Below, piece after piece: positions 1 to 14,500 of a DNA stretch of 64,000 bases. The notes below the pieces were generated by a model. That model made no database searches. It was given only the letters and a program-made list of their open reading frames with translations, and had not been told where the DNA came from. The first letter of the stretch is position 1, and each line of letters begins with the position of its first letter. The DNA lies in NCBI GenBank assembly GCA_949358305.1, contig OX442314.1, positions 23,684,001 to 23,748,000 of the forward strand, in the 5' to 3' direction. The DNA is from Strigamia acuminata. Its lineage: Eukaryota. A program made the position numbers and the translations under genes.

Positions 1-490
1 GCAACCAAGCAGTAGTCAAAAGCAAGCGAGTGCACGAAAAAATCATTCAAAGTTCAGTCATAAAAAGCTTGTTTCGATTTCTTTGTTTTTATGCAAATGG
101 AATTTGCACGTAAGGTCACAATAAGAGTGAAAGAATCACACTATTTCATAGTTCTTTTACTGTTGCTCTGCATGTTATGCTTTTTGCATCCTTTTGGGTA
201 CAATAATATACTTTTTGGCTTTGGTTGCAACACTGTGCAAGGAATTGGATTGTACTTGCAGTGGCGGATCACCGCACAGGCGCAGGAAGATGCACGCTGG
301 GGGCTTGGAGTCTTGTATCGCAGGGGTCTCAAAAAACCCAATAAGAAAACTACCGTATTTCTTCGATTCGAAGATAACATCGGTTGTAAGACATACACTA
401 ATTTAAAAAAAAACATCTGTTTCAGAGATGTTTTTGTGGGGAAAAAAGTGCATCTTAGGATCAAAGAAATTTTTATTTTTGACATTTTAT

Positions 491-664
491 TACAGTCGAA
501 TCGCAAGGGACCCAAAAAGATCGATTCGTTATAACGAAAGTTCGATATATCGAAAATTTTACCATGGCGTTCTATAGCCAGCCAACCAAACCAGCCATAT
601 TTAGGTATTCGTTATAACGAGAAATTCGTTATATCGCGATTCGTTATAACGAGGTTAGACTGTA
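491..664. mobile_element. Tc1/mariner-pogo-like non-autonomous element (MITE)
   Basis: TA-CAGTCGAA ... TTAGACTG-TA termini with TA flanks; repeated internal TTCGTTATAACGA motifs. A second degenerate TIR pair (ccgtatttcttcgattcgaagat / atcttaggatcaaagaaat) lies just upstream at about 351-472. Confidence 0.6.
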
Positions 665-2824
665 ATTGATAAAAAATATAAAAGATCAAATTAGTGACAC
701 CCCCAAATTAATTGAAAAATCCTCCAAATCTATTTAATTGCACACCAATTATTCACACACTATTTTTATTTATTTGACCCCCCATTTTTAATTATCCACC
801 CCCCAAAATAATAAAGACAAATTCTGTGTTCTATGATGTTATTTTCATATTGGACAACAGTTCCAAGCAAATTATTTATAAAAATCATATATTTGCTGCA
901 TTTGTGCGCGCAGACAGGAATTTTTCAGTTTGATTTAGGCATCATGATACCGCGCGCAGACAACAATAAATGGGAAAACATTAGCCGCATTCAACATTAA
1001 AGACTATAGAGTGACGTTAATGTCTTGCGTCTCTTTTACGGATCCTTCCGCGTCACGATAAAAGCGCCCAAAGTTAGTAAACTCACTTTAGTCTTCAATA
1101 TTCAACGAACTTAACTTTTCTACTCAACTCCCACATTTACAAGAATGCCGTTCATTGTAGTACTAAGCCGATTCACTATTGAGCTACATACTCATGCTCG
1201 TTTTATACAATTTTAAATACTTAATGACTAACAGGTAGAGAAACCCACAACTGGAATTAAAATTATAGTGCTTTTCTGTGTTACATCATATAAGTATATA
1301 GTCTGAGTGCATTTCATAAAGGAAACAAACTGGTGGGTGCAAGACCGCCATTAAACAGATTGCAGATAAAATTTTTCAAATTTCTCAACCATTACTTGCT
1401 ATAAATAAATAACAATTACCAATTTACAAAAAAAAAAAAAAAAAAAAAAATTATCCAAAATCTTTTTCTCTTGCACCCTTTTTTATCATTTTCCCCCCTC
1501 CACTTATTAAAAATAAAAACACAAACAAGACGGAACAGCTTGAGGCCATCTATTTATCACCCCATTACAACAACACATCACCAATTAGACCTTCAGAGCA
1601 AACAAGGTGTCAGATAAAAACACGGAGGTCCGGAGGACATTCCTCGTGCCTCCCAATTTCTGACCGGTCTCCTGGGCTTTCCCTGGGTTACTATGTTTCG
1701 ACCGACCTCCAAGACAATCCAGTTTCTCCGCTTAATAAAAAAAAGATCTTTTTTTAAAAACTTGTCTGCTTCTTTTTCTTGGCTGTCTGACAGCGGAAAA
1801 GCTTCTATTTTTACCACCTTCGAATATTAACGCCGTACTTGCGTCATCAAGTTGCGAAGATTAAAAAAGGAAGAGGAAAAAAAAAAACGGTCAGACAATT
1901 TTTATCTCGTCTGCCTTGCGCTTGTCACTACTGCATAATAAAATGCAACTGTTTAAAACGTGCTTAAAATGAGAAAATAGTGAGGCCAATGAGCACAAAT
2001 TACAAGCTTCTCTAGGGGCCTGCATTTCTATGACCTAAATAGCTCATGTACGGATGTCTGGTGGCGACATCAAAGAGCAATATTGTTGTCATGTTGTAAT
2101 GGAAACACGGTTGTTTTTAGCAGTTTGTAAATATTGTTGTTGTTCGTGCGTCCTCTTATTTTGGCAATCCGAATGCTCTTTAATAAAAATGGACCTTTAA
2201 AAAGGATTTCGGGTGGGCCTCTAGTGATTTATGAATGAAAAGGTTGTTGCCTCACCGACTTTTGCTTGTTGATGTGGTAATGTCGAATATTTCTGCATAC
2301 TTTATGCTTCTTAGATCATATCCGAGTGATTGCATCTTCGCATTTCAAGAATTCCACTAATTATGCAAATTAGGAGGTAATTTGCAATTACTTTTTTTTC
2401 TTTTATTTTTTAATAGTTTAATTGTAATGTGGTTATTCAAGTTTAAATGAAAGGGTTTTTATGGAAGAATTCGCTTAAAGTTGCTCGTTATTTCCTTCAA
2501 TTTACTAAAGAGCAAAGTCGAGTCCTGTTTGTATAAACCGGTCGAATTGAAGGCGCAGAAATCCAATTCCAAACTGATATAATCAATTTATACGTAAATA
2601 TTGATGACAAAAGACAAAACCTTGTGATTTTTCCCGAAAATTCGCTTCCATCAATCATCGCGGAGTAATATTTATCTATTTTTTATATAAAATTTCAAAA
2701 ATTCCAACTTTCATCTGCATTTTTTCCAATTTTGCTTTATCGGTTTACTAACAGTCGAATATGGTTTTCAAATGCGCCCAGTCCGAGACAGATTTAGGCC
2801 CCTAAGCTAGGTCATAGGCTAGAA

Positions 2825-3021
2825 CAGGAGTCGGCAAATAATTTTAAGTGGGGTCTGGATACTATTGAAAATTTTTATCGAGGTCCAGAAAAAAAACACT
2901 TAAAAACCAAATAAATCCCCCAATAAACATACACAACCCAAAAAATACCAATAAAACCTAAAAACATGAAAAAAAAAAACAGAAAAAACAAGAAAAAAAC
3001 ACCGCCTATTGCCGACCGCTG
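2825..3021. mobile_element. hAT-like MITE, copy 1
   Basis: Termini CAGGAGTCGGCAA ... TTGCCGACCGCTG; body closely matches 27065-27276; no TSD discernible here. Confidence 0.7.
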
Positions 3022-4433
3022 GGACAACTATCGCAAACAATGTGCGCAGAACTTTGCCCCTTCCTTCTTCGCGGGGCCCAACGCTGCATCTTCAGCCTAA
3101 TGGTAAATCTGGCCCTGAGCCCAGTGGCAGCTAATGGCAACCCACCAATCTAATAATTTGACTTTGGTTTCTTTCTGCCCATCATCCAGTATCAAAATCT
3201 CACAAATTTTTTATTTTATTTTATTTCCCAGTAAACTGATCCAGTGAAACGGGGCCCCTACAAACCTAGGACCCAATTACAATGAATAACTCGATTCACA
3301 GTTAAAATTCGACTCGGCTGCAACCCGAACTCCACCCACAAAAAGTGCACATTTCAACCCAAATAACTGATGTGTCCTCAATTGATTTATACAATTCCAG
3401 CCTTTTCTATTACACAGTTCCGTATGCAATAAACAATGTCCATAAAACGTTTCTGCGGACATTCTCGTCTCGGAACACTTCCACCAAACCCAAACCACAA
3501 GTAACACACCAAGCTGCTTTAAAATACCGCCTTTAAAACTATTTCACTTCTTTGCACACGCAAATGGAATTTTAAGATCATGGTTGCCTTTAAATTTCCT
3601 GTCCAGTTAAATTATATTATTTTCTAGGCAAACTCCGAATTTCTCCACGATATTAAGCTTAATTCTTTCCCAACAATTTTTTTTGGCTCCGATCCAGCAT
3701 TTTCTTTTTTTATATTTCAATAGCTCGCCGTAGGAATAAAATGAATCTTTCTAATGCGTCCCCATCGTTGATTTCTTTAGCGCCTTATTAGTTGAACATA
3801 ACTAGATTTCTTAACGAGCTCGAGAAAAAGAAAATCGAGTTGGAATGAAAAATAAGGAAAAACGTGCACTGATTGGGGTAGAGAATATCTGCAATTCATC
3901 CTCCAAACTCGCACGCTCTCATGGAGATTAACCTTCTTGTCAGATATGTTGAAATGTTGGGCAAAAAATAAAAATAAAATTTAAAAAAAAATTTTCTCCC
4001 AATGTTATTTATTTATTTTAGTTTTCCGACATAAATTCACTATAATAAAATTTTAAATTAGACATTTTGCATACACATAATAAATAATTTGTTTTATGTC
4101 TTGTAAGCCTCCAGAAAGCTTCACCGTACTAAATTAATGTCAAAATGTTTGAAAGCTGATCAAATACATTCCTACAACCATAAAGATGATGACAGGGAAT
4201 GTTTGGGGCTTCTGCCAAAACTAGCTTTAACTCAATTTTTAATTTCTCGGAGGAAAAGTTAAAATGAGTTACGAAGACGATGATGGTGGAACGCTGCACG
4301 TGATAATTAACGACAATCTTTTTATTTTTATGCCCAAACTAAGACTTAAAATAAATTCACATTCAAAGTGTCTGTTTGTACCGTTTATGCGGTTTATATA
4401 AACGGCCAAAATAGTACGCAAATACGCACCTAA

Positions 4434-4579
4434 CACTAGCTGCATTCAAAAACTAAAATATTTTGTGTTTTACTTCAATTTTAAACCAAAAATGACATCA
4501 TTTCCTGTTTAAACCCGTGTTAAAACTTAAAATACACTTAAAATAAAATTGTTATTTTAATTTTTGAATGCAGCTAGTG
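4434..4579. mobile_element. Short inverted-repeat element (MITE), related to 5976-6292
   Basis: cactagctgcattcaaaaa...tttttgaatgcagctagtg terminal inverted repeats. Confidence 0.6.
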
Positions 4580-4693
4580 AATGTGTTCCATTTTAGGCCC
4601 GTTTTTTACGCCTTTTTTGCCTCACGATCGCTCCAGTATGTGGTACATAAAAATTCCTTTCTTCCATTCAACAGTCGAATTGTGGTTGTGGCG

Positions 4694-4737
4694 TTTGAAC
4701 AAAATTTGAACAAAATTTGAACAAAATTTGAACAAAA
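4694..4737. repeat. 11-bp tandem repeat x4
   Basis: (tttgaacaaaa)4. Confidence 0.9.
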
Positions 4738-5975
4738 TGTTAAAAAAAAAATTAGCATTTACTGACATCCGCGGTATACTATTCCCCGATCTAACTTAAG
4801 TGGCAGCCATTTTGAATTTAGTTGTAAAAATCAAAACCAGATTGCACAAAGCACTTAAAAAGCCCACTAGTTTTGGTTTCTGTGTTTTCAACTTTTTAAT
4901 GTGCATTCTTTATTACACAGAAACACGAAAAACAACAAAAACAGAAGCGTTGAACGCCCCTACTCCGAGCTTGTAATTGGTCGCTTGTGAATCAAACTTA
5001 ATAGTTATAGCATTCCACAACTTTCCATAGTAAGACGAAACTTACGGCAGATATTATTGCCCAATGTAAAAGCTTTCTCTTTACATTAAGCCACATTTCC
5101 AACTGACATCAATTTATTCGTTTCTTCATCTCACATTCTTTCCTCTTCCCCATCTATTTTTTTTCGTCTTTTTATTAAAATCGATCAACACTGCAGCCGC
5201 AGGAATTTAAAGATTTTTGCATGTAATAGTATAAGCCAGTCACAAGGAAAATAACAGTTGAAAACATATCGGTTGAAAGAAAAGTTGAAAAGCATAAAGA
5301 TTCATATCAAGAAATACAACATGGCGGTCGCCCCCTCCACCCATTCCCATCACTCGACGCTGCCTTGAGCAATATTTGCCTTTGCCAGCGAAAATGGAAG
5401 AGAAAACAGAAAAAAAAGTCCTTCATGTTCATCTTTGTAAAATGAAAGTGAGAGGATTATTAGAAGATTCCCTATTGAGTTGGAAGCAAAAGTTCTCTTC
5501 CGCTTCGGCTGCCCAACGGCAACAATTTAAGCTTAAATATTTGATTTTCCTTCAATGGAGTTTCGAAAGCATAACACGAGTGTTCCGCAGACCAATGTTT
5601 CACAATTCAATAAAAATAAAAAATAAAGAGTCAAAAAAATAACATGGAAGACGACAGTTTGAATTATTCGACGTATAAAAAATATTGTTGATCAGTTTCT
5701 CAAATCTACCCATAAATTTGTTCGCTATTTATTCATTTAATGGTTTAGATTTATGCAGCACATGCTATTTCGAAAACTTGTGTGTAAAGCCATTCAAAGC
5801 CAAAAGATTTTTATCCCCATAGGTTTAACACGAAGATAAGGTTTCAGGCCCACATTATTAGGCATCGGATGATTAAATATTGATCTATTAATAAATAATT
5901 CACATAAAAACTTCAGAATTTAAATTAGTCCACAATCGGTTATCCCAAAATTAATACGATTATTTGGAAACGGAT

Positions 5976-6292
5976 CAATAGGTGCATTCAAAGTTAAAAT
6001 CCAAATTTGACTTATCATAACGTGAATAATTAATAATTTATATAAGTAATTTGATAAGTAGTCAATAGCAATTGAAATGATAACTTATTCCGAATAAAAA
6101 AAATATTTGGATTAACTTATCATTTCTATGATGCAAATTAGATCACATATTTCTGACTTACACAACACTATAACCAAATCAGTCAAATTTCTTTTGAATC
6201 TATACGCAACTTATCAAATTACTTACAGGAATTATTAATAAATCAGATTATGATAAGTCAAAGTTGGATTTTAACTTTGAATGCACCTATTG
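5976..6292. mobile_element. MITE with long (about 85 bp) terminal inverted repeats
   Basis: caataggtgcattcaaagttaaaatccaaatttgacttatcataa... is mirrored by ...ttatgataagtcaaagttggattttaactttgaatgcacctattg. Confidence 0.75.
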
Positions 6293-9200
6293 GAATCATT
6301 TCTTCAAGATATCCCAAATAATTTGTATATTCGACTGAAACATCGATCAAACTCGTTTGGTTTTGCTGTCCCCAAAACTAACACATTTTATCAAAAACAT
6401 TTCATTAAAAATTTATCAAATTACATCATTAAGCAATAAAAATTGCTGTAAAAACCAAACACGACATCAATAAAACTTTACAGATAACTCGAAATGCGGC
6501 CGACAACTGTTGCTGAGCAAATCTCCCAGTTCCCCCACCTCTTTCTAAGCACAGACCAATGCACAAATGTCTCAAAATCTATCGATCCAAATGGTTTCCA
6601 AAGTCTGTTTTTTTCTTTTTCTTTTAAAAACCACATCACAAAAAATCGAATTATTCAATAACAAACAAAGTTAACATAATTAAGCAACTTTGTATCTATT
6701 ACACAATCGCAATGTACAGTACTACTGTACTAGCACTATGCAGTCTGCATCAGATAAGCTTCAGCACATGCGAAACAAATCCCACTCCAATTAATAATTA
6801 GAAACAAAACATGCAACTTGATTAGATTTTCATAGAATCGAAATAAAGAAAAAGAAAAAAGCAACAAAAAACAACTTACATAACCCGTGAAGTAATTCTA
6901 CCCGATTCGGTGCACATCAAAATCTCACATCTCATCAAATTTCCTTTGTTTATTCCCAATTAAAATTATACCAATAAAAAAAATAATAATCAATTAATCA
7001 ATTTTCTTCTTCGACACAGCGAAACCAAGCCGGTAAACATCAGGAAGTCCAACTTCTCCGAGACAATAAATAATTTATCTCAATTTCCAAGACGTTGCTG
7101 TCCCTGCGTCCACTCAAATTGAAAACGCAATCATTAAAATTGCGCGCGCACAATGCGACCTTTGACCGACACCTCAAAACCAAGAACAAACAAACAAACA
7201 TTATTGTTTAATATGTGCAAAGATAAGTGATGACGTAATAGGAACCTTTGGGATCCCTTGTGGCGCGAATGCCGGCCTGTACTGGCCTCTTTATGGTGAC
7301 ATTAAATGTCACTCCCCATTACTACTCCCCGGACGCCGCCATATGCGTCATCAGCGTTCGACCATGAGTTGACCCTCCGAACGAACACTAAGGGTCGTCA
7401 AAAGTCGTTATAGCGGAGATGAGGCTCGGAAATGAATCCCCTCGCTAATAAGAATGTGTATTAAAACGATAGGGAGATTGCGCTTTTTTATAACGAGGTC
7501 GGCCCGCAATGAGATAGAACTTGCATCAGCGTTCCTTATACTCGTAAAAATGCGTTTCAACAACCTCATTAAAACAAGTTTGTAGCTCCAAAGTCTCCTA
7601 TATACTAATCAATGCGTGGAATAGGTGACATCAGGCGTTTCGCTCAAATCTCGAATATCGCAATTTTCATCAAAACAAGATTGTTTTTTTATCCTACATT
7701 AAAAAAATATCGATTTTTCCCACTTTTTGCCTAAAAATCAAACTTTTTCGTCTAAATTTTGCATTTTTCCTGCAAATAACTGCATTTGAGCACCTAAAAA
7801 GTCTCACCGGTTCAACAGAATTCATTAATCCACTACAGGACTTCGAGACATGACCAGGAATAAAATTCATCACGTTTACACGAACTGTTTCTCGGGTTCC
7901 TTATTCCCCAGCATTTTGGATTTCTCAGTTCTAGGGACACTAGAGACACTCCCGGCACTAAAATAATTGTTTTTGAATATCAACAAATAAATGATGTTAT
8001 TTATGGCTCGTCCAATACATGTACCAAAAAACAGTACTTTAATACTCACTTTAACGATTTTCGCATAAATTTCCCGTACCCATGTTAATCTAATGAGAGG
8101 TTGGCAATACATTTTACGACGTATAAAATTTTGCGGAAATTTTGCACAAAATTTTCTAACACCACGATTTCTTGCACAGTGTATGTAGCAACAGCAGTAA
8201 CTACTCTGCAGAGCGGCCCCACTTGGGGATACAACAAATGTGCGTGGAAGTGGAATGAGTTTTCTTAATTTTCCATGTTGAAATCCCAACTCTATATACC
8301 GTGAAACTTCTTGCGCCCACCCAATCCTCTCCTCCGCCCACAAAATTACATCCACGTTGATGCAGTCGCGCACACAATTGATTTGGAATATCAGAAATAC
8401 GGATAGGAAGTAATAAAAAAAATTGGAGAACTTCTCATAAGGATATTTCCGCGTATTTTATTGTTATTCTTCTTCTGGACTGTTATATAAAATATTATGA
8501 TGATCATTTTGCAACTATCCGTTCGTCGTTGTCTGCACTTATACGGCAGAAGCATGCGAATCGTTTTATTACTCGCTATATTACAACATGGGATCATTTT
8601 AAACTACAGCAAAAATGATCATCAAAAACTTTCTTCATCAATATTTCATATTGAGAAAAGCTCGTGTAATAAAGGAATATAAAAAAAAAATATTTTTTTT
8701 TCTCCCGTATAATTATTTTTTATTTATTTATTTCTTAAATAAAAATAAAATTAAAAAATTCCATAAAGGGTTAAAAGGCTTGAATCATAAATCTAACTTA
8801 ACCTGCCTGTTAAGTATTTTTTTATTACAAATTTTTCTTCATTAGACCATACTTTATATACAAATTGCTCCTCTATATTTGGATAATGTAAGTCGGGGTC
8901 AAGATTTTCATCTAATTTTAATTATATACAGGCACTAGTTAAAATGTATTTATTTACATCCAAAGCGATTGATTCGGGAATCAGATATGTTCCAAATTTG
9001 GGACGTAAGCGGATATCAGCAGTGCATTTTATTAAAACGGGGTGTTTAATCAACAGCCGGAAATGAGTTTGCAAATGATGTTCCAAACTCGCCGTTACAA
9101 AATGACAACTTTTTTTCTTTCTTTTCCTTTTTCAAAATTCAAAACCACAACGGAAAAAAAAAATAAAAATAAAAATAAAAATATAATTCATTTATTTGAC

Positions 9201-10375
9201 TTATTCATTTTCAGAATTAGGCTTATTTCTTCAAATTTTTTTTTTCACCGATTAATTTACCAATTTAAACCAAAATGAATAAATAATTTCATTTCCAAAA
9301 TTTTTAAAAAACAAAAAAAAAAAAAAAATATTTCATTTTGTTGGGAATTTGACTTTTGCACACCTTACTTAGAAACGCTAGTCAGGTAGCAGGTGTCAGC
9401 TTGAATGGGAAGAAAGAGAAACGAGTCTGGCAAAACCAACGCGTTCATTTGTTCATTTCAACGCTTGTTGTTATTCGTTTTCATACATATCATTCCCTTT
9501 TGCAACTTTCCCACCTGATCTCACTTTCGTAACGAGTTCAAAACATACTCAATTAAAATAAAACCCTTCACCCCGCTACAACGAACCGCCCATCAACCAA
9601 CCAAAAAAAAAAAAAAAAAAAAAAAAAAAGATTAATTTTCATCCATCCGTCCGCACAGGAATGTGTAGGTGGCACAAACAGACAGAAGATGATAGCGGCC
9701 CTCCTATCACACCGGTGTGTAATTAGAGCGTAGGTGGCCAGCATTCATGAATGAAAACTTCAAACCCGAGTAAAAGTATAGAACGTCATTTTGTTACACA
9801 CGCGCGCCACTAAGTTCACGTTCACGCATGATTTTCGCTGCCCAATTAACCCTATTTATAGTCCCGAGTTTGTTTTCCAGATATAAATAGATACAGAAAA
9901 TTAATGCGACAGTATCACAAAATTAAAAAAATTAAAAATCGAAAATAAAAATAATTCGATTTAAAAAAAAATAAAAATCTATGTAATGAAATCCTTCGCA
10001 CAAGTAAACAAAAAATTTCCCAACTCCACAAACCAAAAACCAAAACGAGATAAACACAAATCAACAAAAAAAAATAAATAAATAAAAATAAAAATAAAAA
10101 TAAAACTCGGTTAAATTCTTTACCCGAGTTTATTTTTTATTCCTTTGTGTGCAATTGGCACCTGTGTGATGTTACTGTAACGAGGTCTCTGATAAATAAT
10201 CAGAAATCCGATCAACGTTTCTTGATAAATTCAAGAAGAAAAAAAAAATCAAACTTGAAAAATAAAATAAAATAAAAAATAAAATAAAATTTAAAATTTA
10301 AAAAAAATTTCTTTCCCCTCCTTTAAAATATGTTGGCACAAGTTAATGTTACTATAACGAGGTGGAAATTCTTAC

Positions 10376-10529
10376 CTGCCGGTCGCTTCACTTTCCGCAG
10401 GTAACCGTTGTTCTCTTCCTTAAGCGGCGGGGGTGGCCGGTTGCGTCTCGAGGCTCCCATCTGTACGAGCGTGCAGATGCACAGCAGCATGAGGAACAGG
10501 CGTCCGCTCACCCTGGCCTGTTCCTCCAT
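10376..10529 (-). CDS. First coding exon (signal peptide) of an unidentified secreted or membrane protein; downstream exons not located
   Basis: ATG in a locally GC-rich segment; MEEQARVSGRLFLMLLCICTLVQMGA-SRRNRPPPPLKEENNGYLRKVKRPA has a hydrophobic core; ends at a strong phase-1 donor GCAG|GTAAGA. Confidence 0.6.
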
Positions 10530-11069
10530 TTCTGTATTTTAAAGGGTTTCGAGCTAAGAATGCGACACGAGCGTCTGCTGTGCAGGCGAGTGTCTCTGTA
10601 TGTGTGTCTGTCAGCTCGGTCGAGCTAATTAAAGGTCGGGGCAGGATGGGTGGAGCGATTGCTGGTGCCATACTCAGCCACGGACGCATTCGTATCGACC
10701 TATCAGCGAATTTCTTGTAACGAGGGTTTGTGACTCTTGTTGGGATTGGTTGCTACACGACCTTGATGCTGCGGCCCTCTACGGCGGGAAATGAAATTGT
10801 ACTAACTCGAAATCAAAGTGGAGAAGGAAGAAACACATGGATCTGGAATAGATAAAAAATAACAAAAAAATTATAATAAATAATAAATAAAAAAGTAATA
10901 AATCAATAAAAAAGTTTTTTTAAGAAAAAAAAATTGAATTATATTTATAAAAAATAAAAAATGTATGTAACAATGTATTTCTACGGGGATCAGTCAAGTT
11001 TTAAATTGATTGTGTTAGAGATTTTATTGAAACTCAATTGTAAATTATTTGAACCGATTAGATTTCGTG

Positions 11070-11592
11070 CAAATCCAATAAAGTCCTTGTAAATCTAATA
11101 AAAAATCATCTAAATCTAATAAAAATATCATCCAAATCCAATACAAATTCATCTAAATCTAATAAAAATATCATCCAAATCCAATACAAATTCATCTAAA
11201 TCCAATAAAGAATCATGTAACTCCAATAAAGAATCATGTAAATCCAATCAAGAATCATGTAAATCCAATAAAGAATCATGTAAATCCAATAAAGAATCAT
11301 GAAAATATAATACAAATCATGTAAATTCACATAACAATTCGTCAAAATCAAAAAAATGTCAAAAAATGTAAATCTCAAAAAAAGTGGAAACTGTAAATCT
11401 AATAAAAATCGTGTAAATCTAATAAAAAATCGTGTAAATCTAATAAAAAATCGTGTAAATCTAATAAAAAACGTGTAAATCTAATAAAAAACGTGTAAAT
11501 CTAATAAAAATCGTGTAAATCTTATAAAACAACATGTAAATAAAATAAAAAATCGTGTAAATCTCATTAAACAACGTCTAAATCTAATAATA
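11070..11592. repeat. Degenerate minisatellite, about 20-21 bp unit
   Basis: Repeated (gtaaatcyaataaaraatcrt)-like units in two blocks; the source of spurious ORF 11196-11378. Confidence 0.85.
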
Positions 11593-14500
11593 AACATGGA
11601 AATCATAACAACAACTCCTACAAATTTTTTTCATAACAACATCCTCTTCAACCACCAACGCACACAATTCAATTCCTTCCCCCGCCCCCGAACATCTTTG
11701 TTTACTTGGCAGAAAATTTCGAAATTTCTCGGTCCGAAGGAAATTCCCCCGACCATGTATACACCCAACTTTCACAAACTTCCCTACATGTTCGCTCGCA
11801 CTGCAACATCCTCGAGAGCATCGATTTTCTGTATTCCTCATTTGCAGGAATTACATATACCAGCAGACCTCGATTTTAAAATCCCTATCAGCACAACCGG
11901 AAGTTACATTTCAATTTTAAATTTACTTCCACACAAACGCCAATTACCAGCGCAATTTTTTTTTTCGCACAATACAAAATCTTCCGGCATGTAAACTTCA
12001 ATTTTTCAATTCGCACTTAAAGAAAAAAATATTCGCAACCGAAAAAAAAAATAAAATAAAAAAAATAAAAATAAAAAAAAATAAAATTGCACGAATTATC
12101 TTCAATACCATTTTACCTTCCACCATTTCCACGTTGTGAACGTAAAAGAAAAAAAAAATACTGCAAGTCCCCTTTGGGTTAGGCTTCCGGACCTACACTT
12201 GATGCAATGCGGACGAGTCCAACGTCGAATGTCTCCAACACTTGAATTATGTAAAAAAAAAAAAAATAAGGAAACGCAGCATCCCTAAAGTGTAACCTAT
12301 GATGAAAACAAAAAAGCCAATCAGTTAATGCAACTCCAAACATAAAATTCCGAAATAAAAATATAAAAATAAAACCATCGAGGGGCCTTTGGGAGATGAA
12401 ATGGGGCCCCACAAAATCAAATATGGGCCCTGTGTGAATAAAATCATCAAAAAGCATAGATTTTCAAACATTATGCTAATTATCCGAAGGGCCCCATGCG
12501 TTGGGGCCCCCCAAACTCCAAAAAAAAATTTTTTTCAATAAAAATTTTCAAAAAAAAAATATTTTTTGACATTTTTTCCAATCAGAGCCCCAGATAAAGG
12601 GGCCACAGACAGAAACTCGCCTCCTTCCATTGTTTTGCTTCTAACTCGAGAACCCCTGGACTTTGGTAGCCCGTTTGGACTCTGTGCGCTGGCCACGAGG
12701 CGAAACGTAGGGGATTTCTACTTTAAGCGGGAATTAAAACACAAGTTGTGGAAAAATCAACAAGATAATTAAGCGTCAACAGACCGGTTTAAGAAGCTTA
12801 ACAAGGTCAATTGTGAAGCGCCATTTCTCAGTTTCGATTTCGAGCAATAGAACTTGGGAGTTTGAATTCATACGTATCGTTAACGTTAATTTCCCATGCG
12901 AAATTAAGGAATTATGATAGAATTGCGACACCTGGAAGGCGTTTTAACCCTATTCGGTGTCATAAAAATAATAAAAATCCTCGACGACGCTTTTGTTTAT
13001 GACAGGAATAAGTACCCCGTTAAAAGCTCACCAAATTGCTTTTTGCCGATTAAGATGTGAAAGGGGTTAAACTTCTTCATTTCCCTTTCATTTTTGTCAT
13101 TTTTTTCGGGTAATTTCATCGCGTATTAATGTATTATATCATCAAGTTTCTTTTTCCTTGTAGTTTGCTTCGTTTTTGTTTAGGCCTTACCGGATGAGAA
13201 TTTCCATTGTTTTTTCATTTCATTTACATAATCGATCTAATCCCGCATGAAACAAATAAGTAATCAATAACGGCCCTCTTCACTCTAGATAAACAATTTG
13301 TCTGAAGAGGATCCGTAGAGATAATTTAAAAAATGCAAGGAAAGGGAAACACGACGAGGCATGTCGCGACTCGTCTATAGCTCGCCATTGGGAAGTTGCC
13401 CTCTAGTGACAAATTGATGTAAAATTTTTAAAGTTGGCTGCTAATAAAATGTGATTTGGCTTCGATGGTTCCGATTTGTCCTTCTATGACAAATATTGAT
13501 GTTTTCGTTGAGATTGAAGGTCTTCAGATGAAAAAGACAAAATTAATTTGAAAGTCAATCATCCTCATGTTTTTTAACGGAAATAAAAAATCATAAATGA
13601 CAAATCCGGCAGTTACCGCCGTATTTAAATCGTAATAAATAAATTTCGAAAAATGGAAGGAAAATATAGACACATGTTGAATTTATTGTCACAATTTTTA
13701 ATGAAATGTACGTTATTACGGGAGATGATATTTTCATTAAGTGCTGTCGAGATTTTCATAAAGAAGCGCTTGTTCATTTGATGCACTTTATTGAAGAGGG
13801 AAATGTAGCGTGTGTCAAGAACAAATCATTCCCAAGCCTAATTGGGCTTAATCTCAACGTGCTGTGCTTAATTTGCTATGCAAATTATACCCACTGCTTT
13901 CTACCAACTGATAGCAAACAAGAATACTGAATTACAACATCCTAAAAAGACACGTTTTTAAAAAAATTTGCTGAAAAATAAATAAAAATAAACGAAAAAA
14001 TTAAAATTCCGTTTTTTTTCATGTTTTATCTTTTCCAAAAACCCAACATCCACAACCACCAGGTCATGAAGCGAAAATATACCTAAACTATATAGCAAAT
14101 ATTATCTTTCTCAAAAACTAAACTTTATGAAAATTAAAACTGCAAAATAAATGTGACGTAGAAAGAATTTAAATTTAGATTTAAATATGGGATGGGAAAT
14201 TGCCCGTGCAATTTTAAAAGCGTGCAATTTATGACTATTTTAAAACAAATCAAATTTGATACATGTGGTCTCTTCTAACTCTGTATTTATACACATGTCT
14301 AACAAATTTTCCTTTTCGATGTCTCACCTTTCGTATTTTGCATTAAAAAGTAAAATAATATCTCATAATGTATGCAATCTATCTACACAACACCGTTAAA
14401 AACCAAATTTACAATTCAACAACTTTTCGAACTGTACATTAACCTTTAAATGCATTACCGGTATTCAAATTGATCAAGAAATGTTCAATTCCTTTGTGCT

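Noticed and set aside
91..534. Overlapping ORFs at the window start
   Set aside because: They run through MITE-derived sequence and show no coding features.
7876..8373. 165-aa minus-strand ORF and a GC-box/CCAAT/TATA-like cluster at 8293-8339
   Set aside because: No protein motif or convincing exon chain; short motifs alone are insufficient.
11070..11592. CRISPR-like array (also 45496-45631 and the 37-41 kb repeats)
   Set aside because: Head-to-tail repeats without unique spacers, eukaryotic context and no cas genes; the 37-41 kb array is explained by exon duplication.
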